NCBI GenBank assembly: GCA_963821525.1
Contig: CAWGED010000012.1
Coordinates: 1-64,000 of the forward strand
Source: an uncultured Gemmatimonadales bacterium
GTDB lineage: Bacteria; Gemmatimonadota; Gemmatimonadetes; Gemmatimonadales; GWC2-71-9
Reading direction: 5' to 3'
Length of the DNA stretch: 64,000 nt
Shown: positions 10,553 through 21,104 of the stretch, piece after piece
How positions within the stretch are numbered: the first letter of the stretch is position 1
Layout: every line of letters starts with the position of its first letter
The notes under the pieces: generated by a model
Told to the model about the DNA's origin: nothing
The model's input: only the letters and a program-made list of their open reading frames with translations
The model's database searches: none
Position numbers and translations under genes: made by a program

Positions 10553-12303
10553 GTGCTCCGAGCCCTCTCTGTCAGTTCTCCTCACCATCCTGCCGGCGAT
10601 TCTCGCGGTCTCCACCGCCCTCGCTCAGGACAGCGTCATCGTCATCGATCCCGACGCTCCCGTCTCCGATTCCACCGAACAAGGCGCGCTGCCTCCGGAA
10701 ATCCTCTCCGAACTGCTCGAGGACTACAACGACTCGCTGAGCATCCGGTTACCAGGCGGGATCACCGTCCCGCGGGGAAGCATGCTGGGCGGCAAGATCG
10801 CGGCCTTCCGGGGCAGCGTGCACGTCGCGGGAACGATCGAAGGATCGCTCACGGTCATCAACGGCGACCTGGTCGTGGATTCGGGCGGAGTGATCCATGG
10901 AGACGTGCTGGTGGCTGGAGGAGGAATGACGGTGGCCCCGGGCGGGGTGCACGAAGGAGAGGCACGGGTCTACTGGGACGCCGCCCCGGTCTATCGAGAG
11001 GCGGACGGCACACTGGCCTTGAGGGAGCGGCGCCGTTCGGTCGGCGAGCTGGCGACGGCCCAGCGCACCTTCGCGACCGGGAAAGTGAAGACCACCCTTC
11101 GCCTCACCACCGGCCAGACCTACAACCGCATCGAGGGCCTGCCGATCGTCTTCGGGCCCGCGTTCGAGTACCGGCCCTCCCACAACATCTTCATGCGGCT
11201 CGACGCGCGGGGGATTTTGCGGACGGCGGGAAACTCCTCGCCCTTCCGGGACGACTTCGGCTACTCGGTGCGGGGCGACATCCGATTCAACGCACCACGC
11301 GGCTTCGGGATCGGCGGTCGAGTCTACAGCGAGATCCGGGGGATCGAGGAACACACGCTGCCGAAGGACGAGATCGGGTGGTCGGCCTTCCTGCTCCAGC
11401 GTGACAACCGGGACTACTTCGACGCCCAGGGAATCGTAGGTAGCATCTACTTCTTCCCGAGCCGGCGGCTCCGGATCGAAGCCAACGTGCGACATGAGTG
11501 GGAAGGTTCGGTCCGGGCCACGGATCCCTGGTCCCTGCTTCGCAACTCCGAGGTCTGGCGAGCCAATCCGCTCATCGATGACGGGCACTATAACAGTGCC
11601 GGAATCGGCATCGAGTACGACACCCGAAATTCAGGGGCCGCGACCAGCCGCGGCTGGTGGATCCGGGGAGGAGTCGAGCGGGGCACCAGCGACGACGTCG
11701 CGCCGGTCACGCTCCCGACCGCCGTGCGGGATCCGATTCCCACCCACAGTTATGACTACACCCGGCTGACGCTCGACCTCCGCCGCTATAACCGACTCAG
11801 TGCGGACGACAGGCTGAATCTCCGGCTGTGGGCCGGAGGCTGGCTCGGCGGGGATCCATTGCCGGTACAGCGGCGGCTCTCCCTGGGCGGACTCGACCTG
11901 GTTCCGGGATACGAATTCCGGGCCGAGACCTGTGCGCCGGCAGGATATGCCGATCCGGCGAACGCAGCACTCTGTGACCGGGCGATCTTCACCCAAGCCG
12001 GAGTTCCGGCATCGCCTGCCGATTCGATTCGGCTACACCTACCGCGACAAGAACAACCGTGAGCTGGACCGGTTCCTCGGCATTGACGAGGTGTACCTCG
12101 TCCTCCTGGGCGACGCGGGCAAGTCCTGGCTAACAGGTGATGGACCGGGAAGAGTTCCCAACAACCGCATCCCATCCCTCGACGAGTGGAAGGCCGACCT
12201 CGGTGTGGGAGCCGACGCCGGGTGGGTCGGCGTCTATCTCGCCAAGGCAATAACCGACGGAGAGCCGGTCAGGTTCTTCATCCGCCTCGAGCGGCGGTTC
12301 TGA
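10553..12303 (+). CDS. Outer-membrane beta-barrel (Omp85/surface-antigen-like) with N-terminal bactofilin-like repeats (indels near 10567 and 11999)
   Basis: Signal peptide ...LAVSTALAQD; G.I.G.L.VINGDL.V..GG.I.GDVLV repeats; YNRIEGL; PVQRRLSLGG...GY; C-terminal RLERRF. Confidence 0.7.
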
Positions 12304-12319
12304 TCGTGAGCGGGGAGCG

Positions 12320-12997
12320 GTGAGCGGTGTGCGGAGTGGGGCAGTCGGGAGCCGGTGGCTGATCGGCATCGCCATGCTCTTCGCCGTTGGGGCCGGACCG
12401 ATCGCGGCGCAGGATACCGCCGAAGTTCATCTCGGGGTGACTCTGGCTCCAGACTCGGCATCGAACGGCGGCCGGGCACCGATCATTCGCACCTACAATC
12501 TGCTGACCGAGACGCCATGGCTCTCGATGCTGCGGTCCGGCTTCCCGGTGCGGCTGCATTACCGGCTCGAGGTTTGGCGCTCCCGGTCGGGCTGGTTCGA
12601 CCAGATCGCGAGGGCTCAGGATTGGGACGTAGTAGCGCGTCACGAGCCCCTGCTGGAGCAGTTCACCGTTACGCGACTGGTCGGCCGCAACCGGGTCGAG
12701 AACCGCTACGCGACACCCGGAGCGTTGGCAGCCGCACTGGGACTTCCCTACCGGATCAAGGTCACCCCCACCCAGCAGGGCACTTACTACTACGTGGGCT
12801 CACTCGAAGTGACGACCCTGTCGGATTCCGATCTCGACGAACTGGAGCGCTTCTTCCGGGGCGAGCTGCAGGCCGTGCCGGACAGCCAGATCAGCGGCAC
12901 GACCGTGGGTCGCGGTGCCCGCCGTCTGATGTTGCGGCTGGCGGGCTTGCCCAGCTTGAAGCTGACGGGGAGGTCGGACCGGTTTGAGGTGAGGTAG
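12320..12997 (+). CDS. Secreted DUF4390-like protein
   Basis: Signal peptide; LRSGFPVRLHYRLEVWRSRSGWFD...HEPLLEQF; N-terminus overlaps a GTGAGCG heptamer tract. Confidence 0.6.
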   Translation: MSGVRSGAVGSRWLIGIAMLFAVGAGPIAAQDTAEVHLGVTLAPDSASNGGRAPIIRTYNLLTETPWLSMLRSGFPVRLHYRLEVWRSRSGWFDQIARAQDWDVVARHEPLLEQFTVTRLVGRNRVENRYATPGALAAALGLPYRIKVTPTQQGTYYYVGSLEVTTLSDSDLDELERFFRGELQAVPDSQISGTTVGRGARRLMLRLAGLPSLKLTGRSDRFEVR

Positions 12998-13140
12998 AGA
13001 CCGGGAGACGGGAGAGGCGGGAGGAGAAAGAGCGGGAACAGGTGAGAAGTGAGAACGGTGAAAAGAGAACCCTCCCGGGTCATCCTGCGGAGGGTCATCT
13101 CTAGCCTCTCACCTCTCACTTCTTACGTCTCACTCTCACG
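12995..13140. repeat. Inverted purine/pyrimidine heptamer tracts between convergent genes (possible bidirectional terminator)
   Basis: GGTGAGA/AGTGAGA arm facing TCTCACC/TCTCACT/TCTTACG arm. Confidence 0.65.
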
Positions 13141-13143
13141 CTG

Positions 13144-13716
13144 TTAGTGCTTCCCATTCGTCGCGACCACCCCGCCCAGGGCCTTGAGGGCCGACTCACC
13201 GTAGAACAGGCGGATGTACTTGGCCTGGATCGTCGTGAGCCGGCGAACCGCCCAGGACAGGTGAACGAAGTGCGGCTCGTGGGGCGCCGAGTGCGGGTGC
13301 ATGCCGCATTCCTCGGGGAGGTGATTCCCCTTGCGCGTGTTGCAGGTGCTGCAAGCCGTCACCACGTTGGTCCAATCGTTGTTCCCACCACGCGACAGCG
13401 GGACCAGATGGTCCCGTGTCAGACACTCCCGATGCTTCAGCTCGAATTGACTCCGGTTGCAGTACTGGCAGCGGTAGTGGTCCCGAGCGAAGAGGAAAGT
13501 GTTGGTAACCTGACGGCGGAAACGGCGAGGGACGTGCACGAACTTGACAAGGCGGATGATGGCGGGCCGGGGGATGACGAGTCGTTCACTTCGAACGAGA
13601 TCGTCTTTTTCGGCCTCGACGATTTCCGCTTTGCCTTCGATGATTAGCCGAAGGGCTCGCCGGACGGGCACCATGGTCAGGGGCTCGAACGACGCGTTCA
13701 AGGCAAGACAACGCAC
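13144..13716 (-). CDS. HNH endonuclease (McrA-like)
   Basis: LALNASFEPL; RDHYRCQYC; TRDHLVPLSRGG...WTNVVTACSTCNTRKG. Confidence 0.9.
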   Translation of the reverse strand: MRCLALNASFEPLTMVPVRRALRLIIEGKAEIVEAEKDDLVRSERLVIPRPAIIRLVKFVHVPRRFRRQVTNTFLFARDHYRCQYCNRSQFELKHRECLTRDHLVPLSRGGNNDWTNVVTACSTCNTRKGNHLPEECGMHPHSAPHEPHFVHLSWAVRRLTTIQAKYIRLFYGESALKALGGVVATNGKH

Positions 13717-13792
13717 CGGTTCTCTCCAGGACCGTTTCCGAAGACCCTGTATCGTAAGGGGATAGGCCTCACCAAGGCAAGCAACAAACCGG

Positions 13793-14236
13793 TCACCGGG
13801 CCAATGCGGCGAGGCGGGAAGCGACGGCTTGCCGCATCGCGGGGCTCCGGGCGATCACCAGGACAGTGTCCTCACCCGCGATAGTCCCGATTACCTCACT
13901 CCATCCAGCCTGATCCACTGCTGCGCCGACAGCACCAGCGCCACCGCTTGCGGTCTTGATCACGAGCAGGGGACCGGTACCCTCGACACTCAACATCAGG
14001 GTGGGGAGGATCTGGCCCAGGTCCGGCCGCAGGGAGCCTTCGTTGGGGTTGGCGTAGAACGCACCGCCTTGCGGATCCACCAGCTTGGCCAGCCCGAGTT
14101 CGCGAATGTCGCGGGAGAGTGTCGCCTGGGTGACGTTGATTCCCTCGCCGGCCAGCGCCTCGCGAAGTACGTCCTGATTTTCGACCCGACGGTCGCGAAC
14201 GATACGGAGAATCGCGGCGTGCCGCTGCAGCTTCAT
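13793..14236 (-). CDS. argR: Arginine repressor
   Basis: VTQATLSRDIRELG; GTIAGEDT. Confidence 0.92.
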   Translation of the reverse strand: MKLQRHAAILRIVRDRRVENQDVLREALAGEGINVTQATLSRDIRELGLAKLVDPQGGAFYANPNEGSLRPDLGQILPTLMLSVEGTGPLLVIKTASGGAGAVGAAVDQAGWSEVIGTIAGEDTVLVIARSPAMRQAVASRLAALAR

Positions 14237-15479
14237 GAAGGACTCCTCCAGACCTGGCGACCGGCCAGGAAGGTGGCGAGGACGTCGTCGGACCGGCGCG
14301 TCACTACGGTATCCGCCAAACGCGCCCCGTCAACCGGAGCGGGCAATCGAAAGGCGACCAGATCACCCGACTTTCCGGGCGTCAAACTCCCGATTTCGTT
14401 TTCGAGGCTCAGGGAGCGGGCGCCCTCCAACGTGCAGAGCCGGAGAACCTCCTCGGGCTGCAAACCCGCCAGCGCAGACGCCGCTCGTCCCTCGGCAAGG
14501 AGGTCGCAGGGTGCGACACTGGCCACGGAGTCGGTCCCAATCCCGACCCTGATGCCGTGATCGAGCATCGAGCGAAGCGGAGCAGCCCCGTGACCGTGGC
14601 GAGCATTGGAGCGGGGACAGTGCGCTATCGCCGCACCACGTTCTCGCAAGGAGTACGAGGTCCTTGGTGCTCGCTTGCACCACGTGGATGCACAAAGTCG
14701 TCGGACCGAGGACCCCATGCTGATCGAGCCAGGCCAGGGGAGTCCGACCAGGGAGGGTCGGAAGCGGTATCCCCCTGCCCCGCCACGCATCGGCGAACCC
14801 TCCAGAGGCGGAGCCCAGCAGATCGGACTCGGCGACTGATTCCGCAATGTGGACGGCTATGGGATAACCACGCTCACGCGCCAGCTGAGCTACGCCAGCG
14901 TAGAGTGCGCCGCTTACCGAATAAGGGGCGTGTGGCGAGACGCCGAGTCGAATCCGGTTTCCCGCGAGCGGGGTGAGTGCTTCGAGGCGAGCTGGTAAGG
15001 CCAGCCAGTTGAGCTGGGGCCTGATCCGGATGTGGTCCGAAGACTTCCTGGTAGGCAATCCCGCTTCCACCCAGCTCATGCAATGCCTGCAACGCGGCGC
15101 CGCTGTCCCCCGTGTCGGCGACGGTGGTAACTCCCTGACTCCATCCATCCCGGATTCCCTGCTTAGCCGCCGCAAGAAAATCTGCGGATGACCGCTCCGC
15201 CTTGAGTGCAATGACTCTACGGATCCAGGAGGGGAAATCCTGTTCAGTGACCTGTCCGTCGAGACCGGTGAGCTCGAGGTGGGTATGGGTGTTTACCAAA
15301 CCGGGTATGAGAGCACTCGAGCGGAACTCGACCTCCTCCACACCGGGCGGTGCCGGCACCTCGGCATCGGGGCCGACTGCGGTTAGCCGCCCATCTGGCC
15401 CAAGCAGCACGGCGCCGTCGGCGATGGGGGCTCGATCGATCGGGAGCACCCAGGCGGCACGGCACCGGAGCGCCCTCAT
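14233..15479 (-). CDS. Amidohydrolase, MTA/SAH deaminase-like (several indels)
   Basis: PGLVNTHTHLEL, SPHAPYS, HIAES, IAHCPRSN, GIGTDS, GSLTPGKSGDL spread over three frames. Confidence 0.8.
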
Positions 15480-15480
15480 T

Positions 15481-17613
15481 CTACGGTCGGTTCTGCAGGG
15501 GGTTGCTCTGGCTGTTTCCGAACGGTGAGTGGATGGGGCAGAACTCCTTCGGCTCGGTTCCCGGTATGAAGGATTCCACGTACAACGAATCTTTGGGGCA
15601 GAATGGCGTGAACTTGTACCCGGTCCCGCGATCGATCTCCACAAAGGTCAGTCCCTCGGGCCGAGTCCAGGCGGCTGGGGTCGGGCGCCGCTCGTAGATC
15701 TCGCGCATCATGGCCGTCCACGCCGGAGCAGCCAACCGGCCTCCCTGCGCGTTGCCCATGATCTTCTGCGGCTTGTCCATCCCGATCCAGAGACCGGTGA
15801 CCAGGTCAGGGGTAAACCCGATGAACCACACGTCGGTGTAGTCGTTGGTCGTGCCGGTCTTGCCGCCCGCGGCGATGGGGAACCGGGCGCCGACTGTGCT
15901 GGCGGCCGTGCCGCGACGCACCACGTCACGCATCCCGTCCACCATGAGCCAGGCGAGCGCCGAATCCATCACGACGTCGCTGCGCGGCTTGGGTGCCCAC
16001 ACGGTGTTGCCTGCTCGGTCTTCCACCCGTTCGATCGCGTACGGCGTGGTCCGGGTTCCGAGGGTGGCGAAGGCGCTGTAAGCGGAGATGATTTCCAGCG
16101 GGATCACGTCCGCCGATCCGATATAGATGGAAGGATAGGGCGGGATGTTCGTGGTGAGGCCGAAGCGCGCGGCTTCGCCGATCACGGCCTGAGGCCCGAT
16201 CTCCATGCCCAGCTTGATGGCGATGATGTTGCGCGACTTGTAAAGCGCCTCGCGCAGCGTCATGGCGCCTTCGAACTTGTTGTCGTAGTTCGCCGGCTCC
16301 CACGGCGGTTCGCCGGGACGCATCTCAACGCTGATGGGATCGTCCACCATGATGGTGGACCACGGGTAGCCAGCCCGGAGCGCCGCCGCGTATACGAAGG
16401 GCTTGAAGGTGGACCCGGGCTGCCGTGTCGCCTGGGTGGCCCGGTTGAACTTGCTGTCGTTGAAGTCCCGGCCTCCGACCATCGCACGGATAGCGCCGGT
16501 CTTCGCTTCGAGAGTAACTGCCAGGCCCTGCAGGTATGGCGTCGGGACCGGTGATTCGCTCTGGTCTTCCCGCTTCTCGATGTACTGGCTGTAGGTCGGG
16601 TGCTCGTACTCTCCGTAGGTCCCGCCTTCGATCGCATCGAGCTGCTGGGTCAGCGCCCGTTCCGCCGCCTGCTGCATGTCGAGGTCGATCGTCGTGTAAA
16701 TCCGCAGACCATTGGTGTAGAGATCGGGACCAAAGCGAGTATCGAGCTGTTGCCGGACGTATTCGATGAAATACGGCGCAACCTCGCTGAAGTCGGAGCG
16801 GGACGACAGCACCAGCGGATACGACTTCCACCGCTCCGCGTCGGGTTTGGAGAGAAGTCCCGCCTCTTCCATCAAGGTCAGGATGATGTTGCGACGATAG
16901 ACCGCGAGATCCGGATTCTTGCGCGGGTTATACCGGCTCGGTGCCTTGGGGAGTGCTGCCAGAGTCGCGGCCTCCGCCACATTGAGATCCCGAACCGACT
17001 TGCCGAAGTACCGCTGGGAGGCGGACTCGACGCCGTAGGCCCGGTTGCCGAGATCGATCTGGTTCAGATAGAACTCGAGAATCTTGTCCTTGGGAAAATT
17101 TCGCTCGATGTCGTAGGCAACCTGCACCTCACGCAGCTTGCGCCGGATGGTCCGGTCCTGTCCGCTGATGTCTTCGGGGAAAAGGTTCCGGGCCAACTGC
17201 ATCGTGATGGTGGAAAACCCCTGCGCCACGCCGCCGTGCCGGAAATTTGCCCACAGAGCACCGAAGAAACGGAACCAGTCTACCCCGTGGTGATCGTAGA
17301 AGCGCTTGTCCTCGGTAACCACGAAGGCGGCCACCACGGCTGGTGAGATCTGGCTTAACGGAACCAGGGTCCGGCGCTGAAGCCCAAGGTCGGTAATGAG
17401 CCGGCCGTCGGCGGCGTACACCTTGGATGCCTGCTGGGGATCGTAGCCTTTGTCGACCAGGCTCGCGGTGGAGGGGCACGTGGCACCCGCGCAGGCGCGC
17501 CGCCACGAACCCAGCACGAGCCCGGCGAGGAGCATCATGGCGGCGAGTACACCGGTGATGATGTTGCTACGGATGCGGGGGGTAAACCACCAGCGGCTGA
17601 GGGTGTCAAGCAT
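15481..17613 (-). CDS. Class A penicillin-binding protein (PBP1A family)
   Basis: Transglycosylase EDKRFYDH, GFSTITMQLARN; transpeptidase STFK, SRN, KTG. Confidence 0.95.
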   Translation of the reverse strand: MLDTLSRWWFTPRIRSNIITGVLAAMMLLAGLVLGSWRRACAGATCPSTASLVDKGYDPQQASKVYAADGRLITDLGLQRRTLVPLSQISPAVVAAFVVTEDKRFYDHHGVDWFRFFGALWANFRHGGVAQGFSTITMQLARNLFPEDISGQDRTIRRKLREVQVAYDIERNFPKDKILEFYLNQIDLGNRAYGVESASQRYFGKSVRDLNVAEAATLAALPKAPSRYNPRKNPDLAVYRRNIILTLMEEAGLLSKPDAERWKSYPLVLSSRSDFSEVAPYFIEYVRQQLDTRFGPDLYTNGLRIYTTIDLDMQQAAERALTQQLDAIEGGTYGEYEHPTYSQYIEKREDQSESPVPTPYLQGLAVTLEAKTGAIRAMVGGRDFNDSKFNRATQATRQPGSTFKPFVYAAALRAGYPWSTIMVDDPISVEMRPGEPPWEPANYDNKFEGAMTLREALYKSRNIIAIKLGMEIGPQAVIGEAARFGLTTNIPPYPSIYIGSADVIPLEIISAYSAFATLGTRTTPYAIERVEDRAGNTVWAPKPRSDVVMDSALAWLMVDGMRDVVRRGTAASTVGARFPIAAGGKTGTTNDYTDVWFIGFTPDLVTGLWIGMDKPQKIMGNAQGGRLAAPAWTAMMREIYERRPTPAAWTRPEGLTFVEIDRGTGYKFTPFCPKDSLYVESFIPGTEPKEFCPIHSPFGNSQSNPLQNRP

Positions 17614-17633
17614 GGTTGGAATATAGACTGGAT

Positions 17634-17768
17634 GTGGGAGTAGGGAGTAGGTGGTAGGTGGTAGGGGGTACGGGAGTGGGGAGACGGGAGAGGGCGCTGG
17701 TGCGGCAGACGGAGCTGACTCCCTACTCCCTACCCCCTACCACCTACTACCTACCACCTACTCCCCAC
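17634..17768. repeat. Near-perfect inverted pair of heptamer tracts (arms about 50 nt)
   Basis: GGGAGTA/GGTGGTA/GGGGGTA arm at 17634-17683 mirrored by CTCCCTA/CCCCCTA/CCACCTA arm at 17719-17768. Confidence 0.88.
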
Positions 17769-17813
17769 GACCAATTCTTGCCCACCCCCCGGCCGCCCCT
17801 AACATTCCGCCCC

Positions 17814-19078
17814 ATGCCTGACCTTTTCAGCCTTCTCAGCGAGCGTGGATTCGTTCACGACGCGACCCCGGGTCTGCCCGACCGATTGCAGCAGGGCCCG
17901 ATTACGGGATACGTCGGGTTCGATCCCACAGCGGATTCGCTGCATGTCGGAAATCTGGTTCCGGTGATGGGATTGGCCTGGCTCCAGCGGACCGGAGGAA
18001 CGCCGATCGTCGTCATTGGCGGCGGCACCGGCATGGTGGGAGATCCCAGCGGGAAGCGGGGAGAGCGCCCGATACTCTCGGTCGAGCATATCGATGCCAA
18101 CGCCCAGGCGATCAGGGCGCAGCTGGAGCGATTTCTCACCTTCGAGGGCGCCAATGCGGCCAGGATGAGGAACAATGCCGACTGGCTGCGACCGATCCGG
18201 CTGCTGGATTTCCTCCGCGACACCGGGAAGCACTTCACCATCAGCTACATGCTGCAGAAGGAATCGGTGAAGAGCCGGATGGAGACGGGAATCTCGTTCA
18301 CCGAATTCAGCTACATGCTGACCCAGGCGTACGACTTCTGGCACCTGTTCCGCACCGACGACTGCGAGCTCCAGATGGGCGGTAGCGACCAGTGGGGCAA
18401 CATCACCGCGGGCACCGAGCTGATCGGGCGGCGGGAGGGCAAGAGCGCGCACGCCCTGGTCTTCCCGCTCATCACCACGGCGTCAGGAGCCAAGTTCGGG
18501 AAGAGCGAGGACGAGAACGTCTGGCTCGATGCTCGGAAGACGAGCCCGTACAAGTTCTACCAATTCTGGCTCAACACCGACGACAGGGACCTGGAGCGGT
18601 GCCTCAAATTCTTCACCTTTCTGTCGCTCGAGGAGATCCGTCGCGTGATGGACCAGCAGGCGAGCGATCCGGGGCAGCGCGCCGCTCATCGGCTCCTCGC
18701 CGAGGAGTTGACCGGCCGGGTTCACGGGGCGGACACGGCCAGGCGGGTCGTCGCTGCGAGCCGCCTGCTCTTCGGTGGGCAGGATCTCCGGGCAGCCGAG
18801 GCTACCGTGTTCCAGACCCTGGCCGATGAGATCCCCACCCTGCGGATGGCGCGGGCCGAGCTGGAAGGCCTTCCGGTCATCGACTTTTGGTAAAGGCCGG
18901 GCTGGCGACTTCCAAGAGCGATGCGCGACGGGGCATTCAGGGGAAGGGATTTTCCCTCAACGCCGAGCCGGTGAGCGATGTGGACCGGATCCTCAGCGAA
19001 ACGGACCTGCTGGCCGGCGGACACGCCATGCTGCAGAAGGGCAAGAAGAACTACGCGCTATTGGTAGCGGAATCCTAA
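17814..19078 (+). CDS. tyrS: Tyrosine--tRNA ligase (frameshift near 18888)
   Basis: [32 protein letters not shown]4 domain in ORF 18887..19078. Confidence 0.95.
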
Positions 19079-19117
19079 GCTGCTTCCTGCCGTTCCCCCG
19101 TTCCCGGAGAGCTCCAG

Positions 19118-19402
19118 ATGAGCGACTTCACGCGGTTCCTCAATGAGTACGGAGTCATCGGCTTGGCGATTGCCGTGATCATCGGAGGGAAAGCCGGTGA
19201 GCTGGTGAAAGCGATCGTGGACGGGCTCCTGATGCCCATCGTCGGGTTGGTTCTGCCCGGCGGAGACTGGCAGAAGTGGACTGTGGGACCCTTCGCCATC
19301 GGGTCAGTCCTGGCGGCACTACTCAACTTCCTTGTCGTCGCCTTTCTGGTGTACTGGTTTGCCAAGAAGGTGTTGAAGGAGGAGATGGTGGCGAAGAAGT
19401 AG
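19118..19402 (+). CDS. mscL: Large-conductance mechanosensitive channel
   Basis: VIGLAIAVIIGG...IVDGLLMP...LLNFLVVAF. Confidence 0.88.
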   Translation: MSDFTRFLNEYGVIGLAIAVIIGGKAGELVKAIVDGLLMPIVGLVLPGGDWQKWTVGPFAIGSVLAALLNFLVVAFLVYWFAKKVLKEEMVAKK

Positions 19403-19410
19403 ACGAACAG

Positions 19411-19520
19411 CGTGAGAAGTGAGACGGGAGAAGCGCAAGAACGTGAGGGGTCAGAGTAAGCAGGCGAGAAGCAACTGCGTAGCTGCAATCCTCGTCACTT
19501 CTCACGTCTCACCTCTCACG
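19411..19520. repeat. Inverted heptamer tracts between convergent genes
   Basis: CGTGAGA AGTGAGA CGGGAGA ... TCTCACG TCTCACC TCTCACG. Confidence 0.75.
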
Positions 19521-19526
19521 CATTTC

Positions 19527-21069
19527 CTACCACCGCGTCCGTCTCGTCGTTCGGGGCGCTCGGGCGCCCAGCATCCCGAAGACCCCTCGCACCAGTTCCC
19601 TCCCCACGGTTCTCGCGATGGTAGTGCCCAGTGCTCCGAGCACCGCTCCCCCAACCACCGCCCCGACCGACTTTCCAACCTTCCCTGCGGGTTTGGCATC
19701 CGGTGCCGGCGCTTCGGGCGCAGTCTTGGCGAGCCGCGCGGCGAGGATCTCCCGGGCACTCTCCCGATCGACCGGGGCGCCGTAGGCCTTCACGAGATCC
19801 GACTGCCGGATGTCGGCCTGAAGCTCATCAGGAGTGAGGGGCGCCATCCGGGAGGCGGGAGGAATCAATCGAGTCGGCATTACGGGAGTGGGAACCCCGC
19901 GCGGATCGAGCACGGTGACGACCGCTTCTCCGATGCCGAGGGAGGTGAGCACTTCTTCCAGGTCGAGATAGGGGGCCTTGGGATAGGTACGGGCTGTCGC
20001 AGCGAGCAGGCGCTCGTCATCCGGGGTGTGGGCCCGGAGAGCGTGCTGCACCCGGTTGCTCAGTTGGGCCAGGACGTCCGGCGGTACGTCCTTCGGGGTC
20101 TGGGTGACGAAGTACACGCCGACGCCTTTCGAGCGAACCAGCCGCACCACTTGTTCGACCTGCTCGAGGAAGGGTTTGGGAGCATCCTGGAAGAGGAGGT
20201 GCGCCTCGTCGAAGAAGAACACCAGCTTGGGCCGGTCGAGATCCCCTGCCTCGGGCAGGTTGTGATACAGGTCGGCCAGCAGCCACATCATGAAGGTGGA
20301 GAAGAGCCGCGGCTTGTCCTGCGCGTCGGCCAGCTCGAGACAGGTGACGACCCCGCGACCATCCGAGGTCTTGGCCAGCAGGTCGTGGACATCGAACTGC
20401 GGCTCGCCGAAAAAGGCCCGCGCACCCTGAGCCTCCAGCTCGATCATCTTCCGCAGCAGCACGCCGACCGTCGCCTCCGACATTCCGCCATAACCCGCAA
20501 GTGCTCCCTTCCCGGCATCTGAAGTAAGGAACTGGAGCACGGCCCGCAGGTCTTCGAAATCGAGGAGTGGGAGCTGGTTGTCGTCGCAGTATTTGACGAG
20601 CAGAGTGAGCACGCTGGCCTGGGTGTCGTTGAGTCCCAGCACCTTCGAGAGAAGCAGGGGGCCGAAGTCGCTCACGGTAGCGCGGAGCTGAACACCCAGC
20701 TTGCCGGTCAGGCTCACGAATTCGACCGGCACGCTGGCCCCCTTCCAGGCCCATCCGGTCTCCTTCGCCCGCTGTGCGACGCGGTCATTCGACTCTCCGG
20801 GCATGGCGAGACCCGAGAGATCGCCCTTGATGTCGGCGACGAATACCGGGACACCGGCGGCGGAGAATTGCTCGGTGAGAAGTTGGAGCGTCTTGGTCTT
20901 GCCGGTCCCGGTCGCGCCCGCGATGAGACCATGACGATTGGTCATGGCGAGAGGGACGCGAACTTTCGGCTCCGGTAATCAGCGCAGCGCCATCGAGAGC
21001 CGCACCGAAGACGATGGATGCGTCGGTGAAGCCGTAGCCGGACTTCAGGGCGTCAGCGAGGGTGGGCAT
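19527..21069 (-). CDS. DUF853/YjgR HerA-like ATPase (frameshift near 20960)
   Basis: NRHGLIAGATGTGKT, FFFDEAHLLF, RSKGVGVYFVTQ; N-terminus MPTLADALKSGYGF in another frame. Confidence 0.9.
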
Positions 21070-21104
21070 GGAGGCGGGAGGCGGGAGGTAGGCGTTGATC
21101 CGCT

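Noticed and set aside
13144..13716. HNH nuclease as a defence or RNA-guided (IscB-like) system
   Set aside because: It is a common stand-alone McrA-like HNH, with no RuvC motifs, methylase or evident ncRNA nearby.
17614..17813. T-box riboswitch upstream of tyrS
   Set aside because: No T-box consensus or specifier stem was seen; the region is heptamer arms and a -10 box lies 8 nt before the ATG.
19527..21069. HerA-type anti-phage system
   Set aside because: It matches the widespread DUF853/YjgR ATPase and has no Sir2, NurA or DUF4297 partner.
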